NCBI GenBank assembly: GCA_050230475.1
Contig: JBFLGF010000140.1
Span: 1-64,000, forward strand
DNA: 64,000 nt
Direction of reading: 5' to 3'
Source: Ancylonema sp.
Lineage: Eukaryota
A program made the position numbers and the translations under genes. Shown here in pieces: positions 14,490-30,867 of the stretch. The notes below the pieces were generated by a model, which was not told the origin of the DNA, searched no databases, and worked only from the letters and a program-made list of their open reading frames with translations. How positions within the stretch are numbered: position 1 is the first letter of the stretch; the number at the start of each line of letters is the position of its first letter.

Positions 14490-17400
14490 GTTATAATCAT
14501 ATAGTATTTAAGTTATAGATTCTATTCGCCTCCGGTAACCACTCTCAAACCGTGGTTCAGATTAAAAATAGATACATTGTTACAAACATTCGTCATGAGA
14601 GACGTTATCTGGAGATGTTCTTGATTCCTTATATCCAGGTTTCCTAATATACGGGTAGAGTAAAACCGCGATCTAAGAAAGTCCGTCATAAGAAACTCTT
14701 TGATGTAAGAACCTATTTGCGGGGATTTTTTTAAAATTTTACGGTCAATTTTAATTTATTGAATTTCCTGACCTTTTTTAAGCTTACTTATATTGAGTTT
14801 TTACTGTGCCTAGAAAGTAAGGAAACCCGGATATAAGAAATGAAGATCACCTCCAAATACCATTTTGTAATCTCTGCTAAACTCACACCCCGGTATAAGA
14901 CACCTAACAAATCCAGGAAGGTTTCTTACGTCAAACGTTTCTTACAAAACCCATATCTAAAGTAAAAGAATCGCAAATGAAAAGTAGAAACCCAGAAATC
15001 AGTCTCTCGCAGCGAAGAGATTCTCACAACGAAGTCCCTTATATCGAGATTTTCTCGAGTGTACTCCTATAACGTGCACCTGTGTAAAGTACCCCCCCAG
15101 TGCCTCCTGCTGCAGTGCCGTCAAATCCACCCCGTAGTAATTGGACTGCTGCCAAAACAGGGCCTTCCCCGAAATCTCAGAATACAAATACTCGTCGGAA
15201 AAAGGGGCCAGGTGGATTCTGCACAAAACGATGGCCAAAAGGAATGCGCGCTGAAACTCCGCGGGTCTGTGAGGTGGCAGAAGTTTGGCAAAAGGTGGCA
15301 AAGGGTGGCAAAGGGTGGCAAAAGGTGGCAAGGTGGCAAAGGGTGGCAAAAGGTGGCAAAAGGTGGCAAAAGGTGGCTAGAAATGGCAAAAGTGGCTGTG
15401 GCTAGGGGGGCAGACGTTGGAAAAAGTGGCAGAAGTTGGCAAAATTGGTCTTAGTGGCAGGACGAGGGGGAAGGGTGGCAAGAGTACCTTCCGAGTGCGG
15501 GAAACATTTTGCCGCCGGGTTTGAGGAATCTGTCCCTGGCAATAATGTACGACTCCAGCATGCGCTCGTTCACCAACAGGATGCCTGCAGGAGAAAGGAA
15601 CAGAGGAGGAGAAGGCGCAACCACCCTGGGCACTGTTGTAATCTCCTGAACAACCTCCGTGGAATTCTGGAGAGGTTTACACTATAACCTGTCTAAAGGA
15701 ATACTGTCTAAAGGAATAACCTGTCTGAAGTAATATCCGACAGTTTGTACTGTATTGCCAGGGGGGGGGGCGGATGTGAGGTCTGGACTCCACGATTTAG
15801 GGTTTGAGGGATCTACATTCCAAGAGGGAAGTCTGAAGATGTTAGGGTTGCACGGCGTCTCACCCAGTTTAGGGTTTGGGGTTCACACATTTTGGGGTTT
15901 ACTTGATGGCTCACCCACTTTAGGGTTTAGGGTCTAGGGTTTAGGGTTAATGTTTGAGGGGTGTCTCACCCATGGGCTCAGAGATGAGCACGTCCACTTT
16001 CTCCGGGATCTCGACCTCTTCCACCTTCCCGTGTAGCACCTGCCCCGCCGTACACCCTCGTTATAACAACAAAACGCAGGCAGGGTTGTCGTTATCTCCA
16101 CCTCCCCCCCCCCCCCCTCTCACCGTTACCCTGTCCCCGTAGTCTGGGTTCCCTTGGGCGAGTCTTTTGGCGCATTCCGCCATGGGGGAGGCCTCCACGG
16201 CGTACACACGTGCGGCTCCAGCCTGGACACGTGGCAGGAGTGGCAGAAGTCGGGAAAAGGGGAAAATGTATGGCGGGGAAATTGTGCCGAAAAAGGGGGG
16301 AATGCATGGGCAAATAGAAGGCCTGAAGCGCAAGAGGAAGATTGGAAAAAAATGCCCCCCTCATTTCATTCTAGGGGGGGGGTACTTTCAAGTAGAAACG
16401 AGCCTCTTAGGATACCAGCATGGGGTTCGAGTTCAGGGTTCAGGGTTCAGGGTTTGGGGTTGATTATCCAAGGTTCAGGGTTCAGGGTTCAGGGTTCGGG
16501 GTTCAGGGTTCGGGGTTCAGGGTTCAGGGTTCAGGGTTCAGAATATATTGTCCAGGGTATCCAGACGCAGACGTGAAGTATCTGACGCCATCTGGCTGTT
16601 GAAAATGGAGGGGTTCGGATGTCCCTCTGTTGTTCTCACCTGGGCCGCGAACAGCGACAGGATCCCGCTCCCCGCTCCCACGTCCATCACCACCTTCCCC
16701 TCAAAGTCCACGCGGTTCTCCAGCACAGCAGCGTAGTATGTACCTGGGCAGGTGAAAACAACAGAGGCAGGCGGAGGAGTCAGGTGAAAGTAACATACAC
16801 ACTAGCGCCTCTTCAAGAAAGGGTCTACGCCAGAAAAAAAAGAAAAAAAAGAAAAAAAAGAAAAAAAAAAAAAAAGTTGCACCCTGCACTAGAGATGTAC
16901 TCCTTCGAACACCCCACATAGTACGTGAAGTACTCCTTTCTTATCTCCCCCCTTCGCCCTCCCCCCCCCCTCCTTCTCTCGCCTGTTCTGACGTAATCCT
17001 GCAGCATGTTCTGTTGGTGTAACAGCTGTCCGTAGTAATGGAAGTACATCTTCGCACTGGAAGCCTCGATTGTCTGGTCGAATACGCTTCCGCCACCTGT
17101 CTCCGCTGCCCCGACCACGCCACCCGGAAAAATGTGATCTTTGCGTCCAACCCGCCCCCAACCCGCCCCAACCGCGCAGCTTCCTTCCATGTACCTGAGC
17201 TGCTTCCCTTCCAGCTGTCGACTGCGCTGAAAAAGTCGTTTGACTCGTCCGAGGAGCGGAAGTGGAGGGACAAGCTCGCATGCATGGGGCTCTGAACCCC
17301 AAACCCGAACGCGGACTCACTATCAGTGCGTCCTTGCGTCAGGGCGTGCAGGAAGGTACGAACTTAACGTACTTATATGTATATGTATATGTATATGTGT

Positions 17401-18362
17401 AAGTATATGTATACGTATAGTATGTGTATTTCTGTAAGTATATGCGTACGTATATGTATAAGTAAATGTGTAAATATGTGTATATGTATATGTGTAAGTA
17501 CGTGTACATGTATGAGTTTATTTGTAACTATTTGTATCTATATCAGTCTATTTGTAAGTATGTGCATAAGTACAAGTAAATATGTGATATATGTATATCT
17601 GCATGTGACGCACCTTTTCTCCTGCGGTTGAGGTAGCGAGGGGAGGGGGTTGAGGAATCAGCCAAAGTTGTTGGCAGGGTCCCACGCGGAAATACTGCAG
17701 AGGGCAACGTGGCCCTTGAAGTCTCAGTAAGAAGCACACAACATGTTGTTCATAGTACTATATTGATCATATGATTTGTATGTATATCATTAACATGTAA
17801 AAATATGCTTAGACATCACTTTACAACGCGTCTCCCAGCTGGCCAACAGCATCACTTCAATGTTTACAATAGAGCTCTGATAGAAAGTGCCAGCTGGCAC
17901 TGGTCTACAGGATGGCCACTGCAGCGTCCCGAAAGTGCTGACACGTGTCCGCCAGCTATGATCCCGATCCCGACACCGCTCTGTCCCAAGATAGCACCAG
18001 GAGCTCTGAACCCGAAATAAAGATTAGACTAAAAATCTCACCTGAGTACCCTCCATCAGATTCGCAGTAACCAGTACATCGCCAGGTTGGCCATCTTGAC
18101 CTGATGTGGACTGATCTGTGGTGGACGTGTGGCGCTTGAATTCGATCCATCGTTCTTGACTTTTAGTATGAAAGAACGCCGTAACCTCCTCTTGAGGACT
18201 CCATTGCGAATCTACGGTTCCAGATTCTCCATCAGTATTTACAGCATCTGGAAGAGAGACCCGGGCAGTGATGTGCTCAAATATCTTCATATATCCAGAC
18301 AACCTCTGAACGGTTGACGTAGCAGTCAGGGGTGAATCGGGACCGAATGCCGGGGCCTGGCT
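11304..18362 (-). CDS. PRMT4: Protein arginine methyltransferase 4 / CARM1 (spliced; start codon not resolved)
   Basis: Approximate exons 18042-18362, 17612-17695, 17194-17291, 16983-17120 ([27 protein letters not shown]), 16640-16743 ([12 protein letters not shown]), 16124-16222, 15970-16039 (ISEPMG), 15489-15585 ([10 protein letters not shown]), 15080-15218, 13918-13998, 13338-13442, ~12500-12790 (PTTHWYQ) and 11304-11446. Confidence 0.95.
11974..12056. repeat. Heptamer microsatellite (TTCTAGA)n, about 12 units, in a PRMT4 intron
   Basis: Perfect tandem array read directly. Confidence 0.95.
13839..13900. repeat. Heptamer microsatellite (CCCCAGT)n, about 9 units
   Basis: Read directly. Confidence 0.95.
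14395..14488. repeat. (TAT)n microsatellite
   Basis: Read directly. Confidence 0.95.
14603..14948. repeat. Two overlapping imperfect inverted-repeat pairs, probably MITE remnants, in a PRMT4 intron
   Basis: 14603-14648 pairs with 14816-14861 (core CTTATATCCrGGTTTCCT); 14688-14713 pairs with 14921-14948 (TAAGAAAC..TTTGAyGTAAGAA). No clear TSD. Confidence 0.5.
15272..15447. repeat. Degenerate 9-10-mer repeat (GGTGGCAAA[A/G])n
   Basis: Read directly; intronic. Confidence 0.9.
15867..15948. repeat. Short interstitial plant-telomere-like (TTTAGGG) units
   Basis: TTTAGGGTTTAGGGTCTAGGGTTTAGGG at ~15919-15946 plus scattered units. Confidence 0.75.
16423..16541. repeat. Telomere-like heptamer array (TTCAGGG/TTCGGGG)n
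   Basis: Read directly; intronic. Confidence 0.9.
17375..17598. repeat. Degenerate (TATATG)n low-complexity tract
   Basis: Read directly. Confidence 0.85.
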
Positions 18363-20702
18363 CCTGCAATAATGAAAGTTAAGTGAAATTACTGTACGGC
18401 ACGCCTGCTCTACCTTGACTCCAGCAGCTGCAGATCACGTGAAATGATCCTGATCGACTCCACTCATCACGAGCTGTACACCAGACAGTGGCATCAGCTG
18501 GAAACCTAGCGACTTGGCGAGTCAGATTTCTACCTTGAGCTTAACCTGCCCCGCCCGCCAGAGCGCGCCCTCGCACCCTCCTCGTCACACGTGTGAAAGG
18601 ACAGGAGGCTCGAAGACGGACGCGCGCTAGGTTCCGGTAGTTTGAAATTTGAATCTTGCCTACGTTTTTTTTTTTTTGCTGAACGTGAATCACGGGCGCT
18701 GTTGTACCGTACACCTGTACGGAAATGTCAGTATTGTATAGCGACACGTGGCGCGACCCGAGCAACGGCCAAAGCTAATGATGACACGGGTCTCGACGAG
18801 ACTCCCTTGAAAATTTGAACCTCTCCTAGCTAGTTCCATTTAGAGGCCCTCCAAACCCTGGCGGTAATTTATAAGGCTAAAATTAAACTACAAAAAGTTA
18901 ATAATTCATTTTTGGGTCCAAAATCAACGCTGATCATACAGGTCGAGTTGAAAATTATGAGTGGTGAAACTTTAGCATACCGTCGTGGCCATACATAATG
19001 ACCGAGGATTTTAAAAACGAGTAAATTTATATTAAATACCACCACTTGACCCAACCCGAGCACCCATTTTTTTTTTTGCAAAATAGTTTCTTATAGTGAA
19101 GAGTTTCTTATAATGAAGTTTTTTATATCGAGGTTTGAGTGTAGAAGGCTTTTCCCCCGACTTAAACCTTCAGTGTAAGCAACGAAAATTAATTATTTGT
19201 TCAATATGTCTTATAACGAATGTGTGTCATGTTATCACATTCCGACGGCAAAAAACGATAAAAGGCCAAGATTTTTTCATCGACCGAATTATTCTTCGTA
19301 ATGAAGGTTTTTATATCGGGGTATCACTAAATGAAGGCGCATATAGGCGCTTCCAAATCGATTGATGCACGTTTAAATATTTGCAGGGTGAAGATTAAAT
19401 TACTAGATTTACATGTCTATCAATAGACGCACATTCGATCAATGACATCAATGCATTGTCACATGACGTGGATGACTTGGGGCAAACATACATCATTCGA
19501 AGTCACCGTCGCCCCCATCAACCTTCAATTACACATGTGCAAATGATGACTAAAGATGATGGGGCCACGGTGGGATATTCGAACGTGGTGACATGTGCAC
19601 TCATGGATTCCACACGAATCTCCTACAACTTTTGAACACACATCGGAGCATTAGATTCAAGTGGTGACCAATGAACTCCTCGTGTACCGTCTACTTTTCC
19701 CATCCGGTATATTGTGTTTCGTGTATGTTCCACACGCGCGTCGTGACGTATTCGCTAAAGAAACATTTTGATTATTGAAAGTCGTGTTTTGCATGCATCT
19801 GTGGGATTGTTCAGTCCACATTTTTGTGTTGTTGTACGCCGATTGTTTTTATGTTACATTTGCACCATCATATATGCTCAAGCGGCCGGGATTCGGTAGG
19901 GTGTAGAGCCGTTGGAAATCCGGGTAGGGAGGCCGAGTTTTGAGGTCCGAGTTCCTCACATTCACAATATAGAAAGTGTGTGTTCTCCCTGACAAAGTAC
20001 AAGTGGTCACCGGTCCATTTTTCTAGTGACATTTGTAGTGAACATACAATGTAGAGGACGACATCGCCTTCTCATCTTGGAAATGTTATGACGTGCGCTA
20101 ACAAACTTAACATTGCACGGAATTGGTTGTCACATGATGTGAAAGGATATGACTCACATCCTTTATTGCCTTTTGGCAGTGCAACATGCGGTACGAATGC
20201 CTCACACCCGTTCAACATGCTTGATTGTTGTGCCTTCTTTGATTCGGTTCTAGCAATATGTTCAACTACCACAATCACAATGGAAGAAGCAGCGATTTGT
20301 GGAAATGACCCCGGACATTTGAAAAGGATCAATGAAGTGTTGCCCTTGTTGCTTCAACAATTCCATGGTGGCCCAAAATGAGCCCAAAATTTGCATGATA
20401 TGAAACCAGTCTACCCCTGACATGTGTTTGATTGTTGCATGAGGACGTGCATTCCCTAATTTATGTGAGTGAGACCGCATGTGCCCCCAGAAATTCCCGG
20501 AAAATGCCATAGGCATGCGTTGAATATATCAAAACTACAAGGTATTCCGTATCGTTTTTTGAGGATCCGAATCAAATCTATTGAAATCTGATAAATAAAA
20601 TACAATGCTTGGAATGCTATTAGCCCCACCTTGGTCCACCGTTTGATTGTGTACAAAAACGTACCCTAGCGTAGATTCATTCTACACGAAAACAAAAAAC
20701 AA

Positions 20703-25885
<5,183 letters not shown>

Positions 25886-27643
25886 ATTGAAATGGTGTTC
25901 CAAAAGTATCTCTTGCGATATCGAATCTCGCGCTATCAGCGCTCTCTGCTCCGACACACAGTTTTCCAGAATTGAGTTGTGCCCAATTGGAGACACACTT
26001 ATCTAAGAACTTATGCGGTCTACGCAGCTAGGCATGGCCGGTTTCAGAGCAGTTGTCAGAGTCGCTTCTCATCAGAGTTGTCAGATTTACATCTGTCAGG
26101 CTCAGATCCGGAATGGAGAGGTACATTGGGTTTCTGCCAAGTATTAAGTGGGTGCTTTCTGCCAGTTCGAGAAAGACCACCGGTACAGGAAACCGACCAA
26201 GGCATCGCCTGGCAAGTGAATCCACATAAGGCTACGTGGCAGTTGGTGCGATGTAGAACCATGCGAATCGACGGTACCCCACATGATGACGTGGTTTCCT
26301 CTGAATTCCGGGGAAATTCCCCTTCGATTGTCGTCGATGGATCGCATCTGACGGCTGACCGTGCACCGATGTTTCGCGTCCGTGCGTGACGTGTGTCATC
26401 GGACCGGACGTGTGTCGGCAGACTGCCTGGCTGCCGACACGGCAAAGAGGTGTCATCCCTTCCATGGTGGAACTTCAAACCAGGTGGGTATACATCCATC
26501 GTGAAATATTCATGAGTGCATTTCTTCTTGCTAGACGGACACTTAAAGCTTCGGAAAGAAAGGCACCTTGCTCGAGCCCAAGGAAATATAGGGTTGCCTT
26601 GCATGTGCTTCGAAACAAGGAACACATTTTGTACCATTTATTCATCAAACGAGTTTGCACCACCACTCCACATCGCTCTTGCCGCAACGGACCTCATGCG
26701 TTGATTCGGTCATTCAGGTCCCAACCTCATACAAGGTATGTTAGAATAAGGAATTAAGAAAGTTATCGGCGTGAAGTAAGGTAAACAAAGAGCAAAGATA
26801 AAACACATGTATGTTGCATGATTTCATGCTTCGTTGTGAGTTTTAATGTTGTCTACGACTTGTTTGAATCGTAGACACGTGACGAGATAACGAAAAATAG
26901 CCGATCTTGACCCCTCTCAATTTCCATTGAACTGCAAATAGGTTCCCCCTCAATGAGATGGACTCGGCGGTTTGTTTGTTGCGGTGCTCCACCCTCACCA
27001 GAAGGCCAAATCGTGCCCTATTGGTCGATTATCGATTCCTCTATCTACGAAACCGTGTCCAGTCACTCCAATGCACTCGTCACCTTTCAAAGGTAAGTTG
27101 AATCGCACCACATGGGATCTCATGAAGGTGTATCTAAACCGTAGTCAAAGGAATTCTACTACTGGGTTTTTCTATAGATGACGGGGATTGTATCTCACAC
27201 GCGTCTTTGGATATATATTTTTATATGTATTTGACTTCCGCAACTCCATTATGTCCCATGACACCATCATTTACTTGGCTTAACTCCATCTGAATGACCA
27301 TAGCAAAGCACGTCATAGAAAATCAAACTTCGTGTTTGGTCTAAACTTACCCACCACAAATCAAAACTTTTTACGAAGCCGAAACCCAATGCTTGCTAGA
27401 TGTCCATAAGATTGTACTAACAACAAACAACAACAAATGAGTATCTTGGAACAGCGGTCATATGCATTAACAACCTCTAATAATTCCGAGATGGGTATTG
27501 GTTACTAAAAGTGCGACAATACTCAAATTATAACCGCTATTTTTCATGATTTTTAACAAACAAAACAACGTGAGAAAAAAAAAAAAAAAAAAAAACCAGT
27601 GCCTAGTCCCTTCATTCAAATTGTGCTACTCTACCTTGTCCAG

Positions 27644-29059
27644 ATCAGCACCAGATCCTTCCACCGACACTCGAGCTAGCACACGTTTTCACGCAAAAGT
27701 TGTGAGCGCAAACATTGCGCACACGAGGGTTGGCATCCTCATCCACCGCCAAGTGCTTGTGACCACTCACACCGCTTTCCCTACTGCGCAATGTGCCAAA
27801 GGACTGGAAGCCGTGTTTCTAAACGGAGACAAAGGGCGCCCATTCACGGTGAAACTTCTTCCACAAAGGTGGGCATGGGTTGACCAAGATTGTCATATAC
27901 GGACCACGGTTGACCACTCATCACTGATGAGAGCTTATCAAGTGTGTAGTGACGTGTTTCACTTCAAAGCGTTCAAATGCTTGGTCCTTCATTTACCGAA
28001 AACCTGATCAAGATAGTCTCCGACTTCAGTTTGCTGCATTCTTGTCTCATAGGCCACCTCCCTTCAACTTCCCCTGTACCTCCCTTTCATTCCCTCCAGA
28101 TTGTTTATCACCAATCCAGACCTCGACCTTACTATCATCGCCTGCCAAGAAGCCCCCTCCACATCCCAACCCCTGACCCTAAACCCCAAGCGTCAGACAT
28201 CCATCAGCCTTGCCATCTCTGATGCGCTGGACCTAGGGCATGACGTCATCATCATGGGGATCTGCCAGACCCCAAATGTCAGCGACCCCGAAAGCATACC
28301 CGGAACCGTGCCCACTGCTAAACCTGCCGGAAAATCGGTTCCTGTGTCTGCATCCCGTAATGAAGGCGGGAAATTCCCAGTGGTGAGGTTGGGGACAGGT
28401 GTCATCACACGAGAGGGCACACATGTGGTTGATTTTGGGGAGGTGAAGGAGGTGGTCTACGGGCAGGCCAGTGGATCTTTTACAGCTGGCAGCATATCAG
28501 CCCGCCAGCAGCGCAAGCTGACCTCTGTGGGGAGCAAACGGTCTGGGCAAGGATTCTTTGAGCTGGTTCCTGAGAAGAAAACGATGACTAGCGACTGGGC
28601 TCTGGGCTCAGCTGGGTTCGATGCGATGGGAATGATCAATTTTGTCGTTTGTAACCCACAATGGCCGCCCGAGACGCCACGCGTCTCTGTCGCCAGACAA
28701 AAAGGTACTCATTACATTCCGACTCCAGACCTCATTTGGTTTCCGGTTCTGGCTTGCGATGCTCGTACTCAGTGTCCTGTACAAGGACACAGATAAGTAA
28801 AATGCAGATTGGAATATCATGATTTCAGTTTATCAATGTATTGATATCTGTTCGACTTCCGTACCCTACAGGTTCCCACGTTCCCCAGAGGGGCGTGACT
28901 GTACTCGGCATCTTGGAGTGGCTGAAAGAAAAGGGACTCTCGAACATCAACGATCCACATCCGCCACCGCCGCCACAGGGAGTGGCCGGGGGGCGACGAG
29001 CCTCCATAGAAAGCGCAGACAGCTATCAAGTCTTCCAGAACTTCTTCAAGACGCTGTAA
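27644..29059 (+). CDS. Trypsin-fold (peptidase S1-like) plant protein, probably non-catalytic; 5' exon(s) not resolved
   Basis: Phase-compatible exons 27644-27868 (GILIHRQVLVTTH), 28100-28704 (FITNPDLDLTII, LDLG, GSAGFDAMG..FVVCNP) and 28872-29059 (GVTVLGILEWL, TAA). Confidence 0.7.
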
Positions 29060-30286
29060 CGAGGGTCATGCTTCTATCACCTAACTGTCAGGGAGTTGTA
29101 AGCGGTCAAATAGATGACGCGTTTTGAAGGTTTTGGTATATTACAATGTACAATTGCAAGTATTTGTATTTGTAGCGACTCGTAGTGTGACGTAGATAAT
29201 GGAGACTAGATGGCACAAGGAATATTTTTTTCTTCTCATTTAAAAGATACAGCAACAACAGCTAGGCTTGTTTTTTCTCAAGGATGTCGACACAGTCAGT
29301 AGTTATTCTGTGGCGTAAGACTTGTAGTATTTTGCTTCACAGTTGCAAATACGTATTTTGAAATGTATGTTACGTCTCCTGTAGTATGTCTATTCCAGGC
29401 GTGCCTCCACGCGGGAACCAGTCATGCAGCGGTAGGACATAAGTTGGCCTGGAGGTCCGTCAACGTTTTCCCGAAGTGTAGGGGGTTTTCCCTCAGCCTC
29501 CCTGCCGCCCTCCCTGTTTTCCGCCTGATCGCCGCCCTTGGGCATAACCCTCGGTGGGCTGAATTGACCTCGGTATAGTGAAAATTCGTTTTAGTAAGAA
29601 TCCCGATACAGTGACACTGTCTTCCGCCATCTTTCAAATCCTACAGGATAGAGTGACAAACACTGATGTGACACACGTTAAAGTGAAAGAAATTTCCCAG
29701 AATTCACTATGGCGTTTCTCTAGTACCGACAATAACAAACGCCGTTTAGATGACCCATCCTCAAAAAAAAAAAAAAAACACACCTTTTTAAAAACAAAAG
29801 AAACTACAAATATAAATATGCCTTATTCACTTGAATCCCGGTTTGTCCCCTTCAATTGTATTTCTTTGAGTACTTGTCCAGTATTTAATGTTGAAAATAG
29901 AAATCGCATGCCTTCGAGTTTTTAAATAAAAAACTGGGCGAGCATCGCAGTAGGTATTTTTATCACCCACAACTATGAAAATTACATGTATTTTTTTATG
30001 ACGTCAAATAAAAAGCACCATTTTACGTAAGAAACATTTTACAATGTCCCCTTGCTTGCATCCTATTGTTTCATTTGTATCCATTTGGATAAGTGTACGG
30101 TAGTCTATGCTTATATACATTTTAACCCGCCGTTGCGTTTTCATATGTGCATGGAAGAATCATCGTAGGTGTCCTTCTTATGCACGAGTACGGTGCATAG
30201 ACATTAGGAAAGATATGACCGTTATTACTTCACGTTGTCTTTGGGTGTGCCATATACGGTACCAGCCAGATATACGGTATGATATA

Positions 30287-30867
30287 CCGTACCAGCCAGA
30301 GATAACGCGCCAAAAAATAATTACCATTTTGTCTGGCGCACACGTTTTCGGCGCGTACTACGTTAATTATTTTGACTACGCTGGCGCACCCTATGGGCGC
30401 AAATAAATAATTAAAATTGACGAGATTTTGGCGCAACAATATTATTTAGCGAATATTTTGATCTCACATCGAGAATTAAATTCTAATAATTACTATGTCG
30501 AGAGGTGCTTGTAATGAAAAATAGCTCCACGCCCCCGGGCTTCGAGCTGCGGAACCCTGGGCTCGTGTACGGAAAGTGGTCTTTGGGCCATTTTGGAAGA
30601 TGGCTGGGATCGAGGAGCCCACAACCGAAGGCTTAAAAGCTCCCTCATGTCCCTATATAATGGCGCAAGTTGGATTGGGTCATATAAATTAATAAGGAAA
30701 ACACTTGGCGCAGCTACTTTTTGGATCATTATTATCAATTAAAATTTGTGTGGCGCACACTCCTGGCGCGTACTAATTAATTCAAATTTGGCTGGCGCAA
30801 CTGTTTGGAACCTACTATTAATAATTAATTTTCCGATTTGTCGGCGCGTTATCTCTGGCTGGTACTG
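30287..30867. mobile_element. MITE, Tc1/mariner-pogo type, 581 bp
   Basis: 25-bp TIRs C[C/A]GTACCAGCCAGAGATAACGCGCC (30287-30311 and 30843-30867), TA on both sides, internal GGCGCA/AATTAA subrepeats, no coding capacity. Confidence 0.85.

Noticed and set aside
19400..20690. Possible transposase remnant between PRMT4 and SQE
   Set aside because: No DDE or other recognisable motif and no TIRs found.
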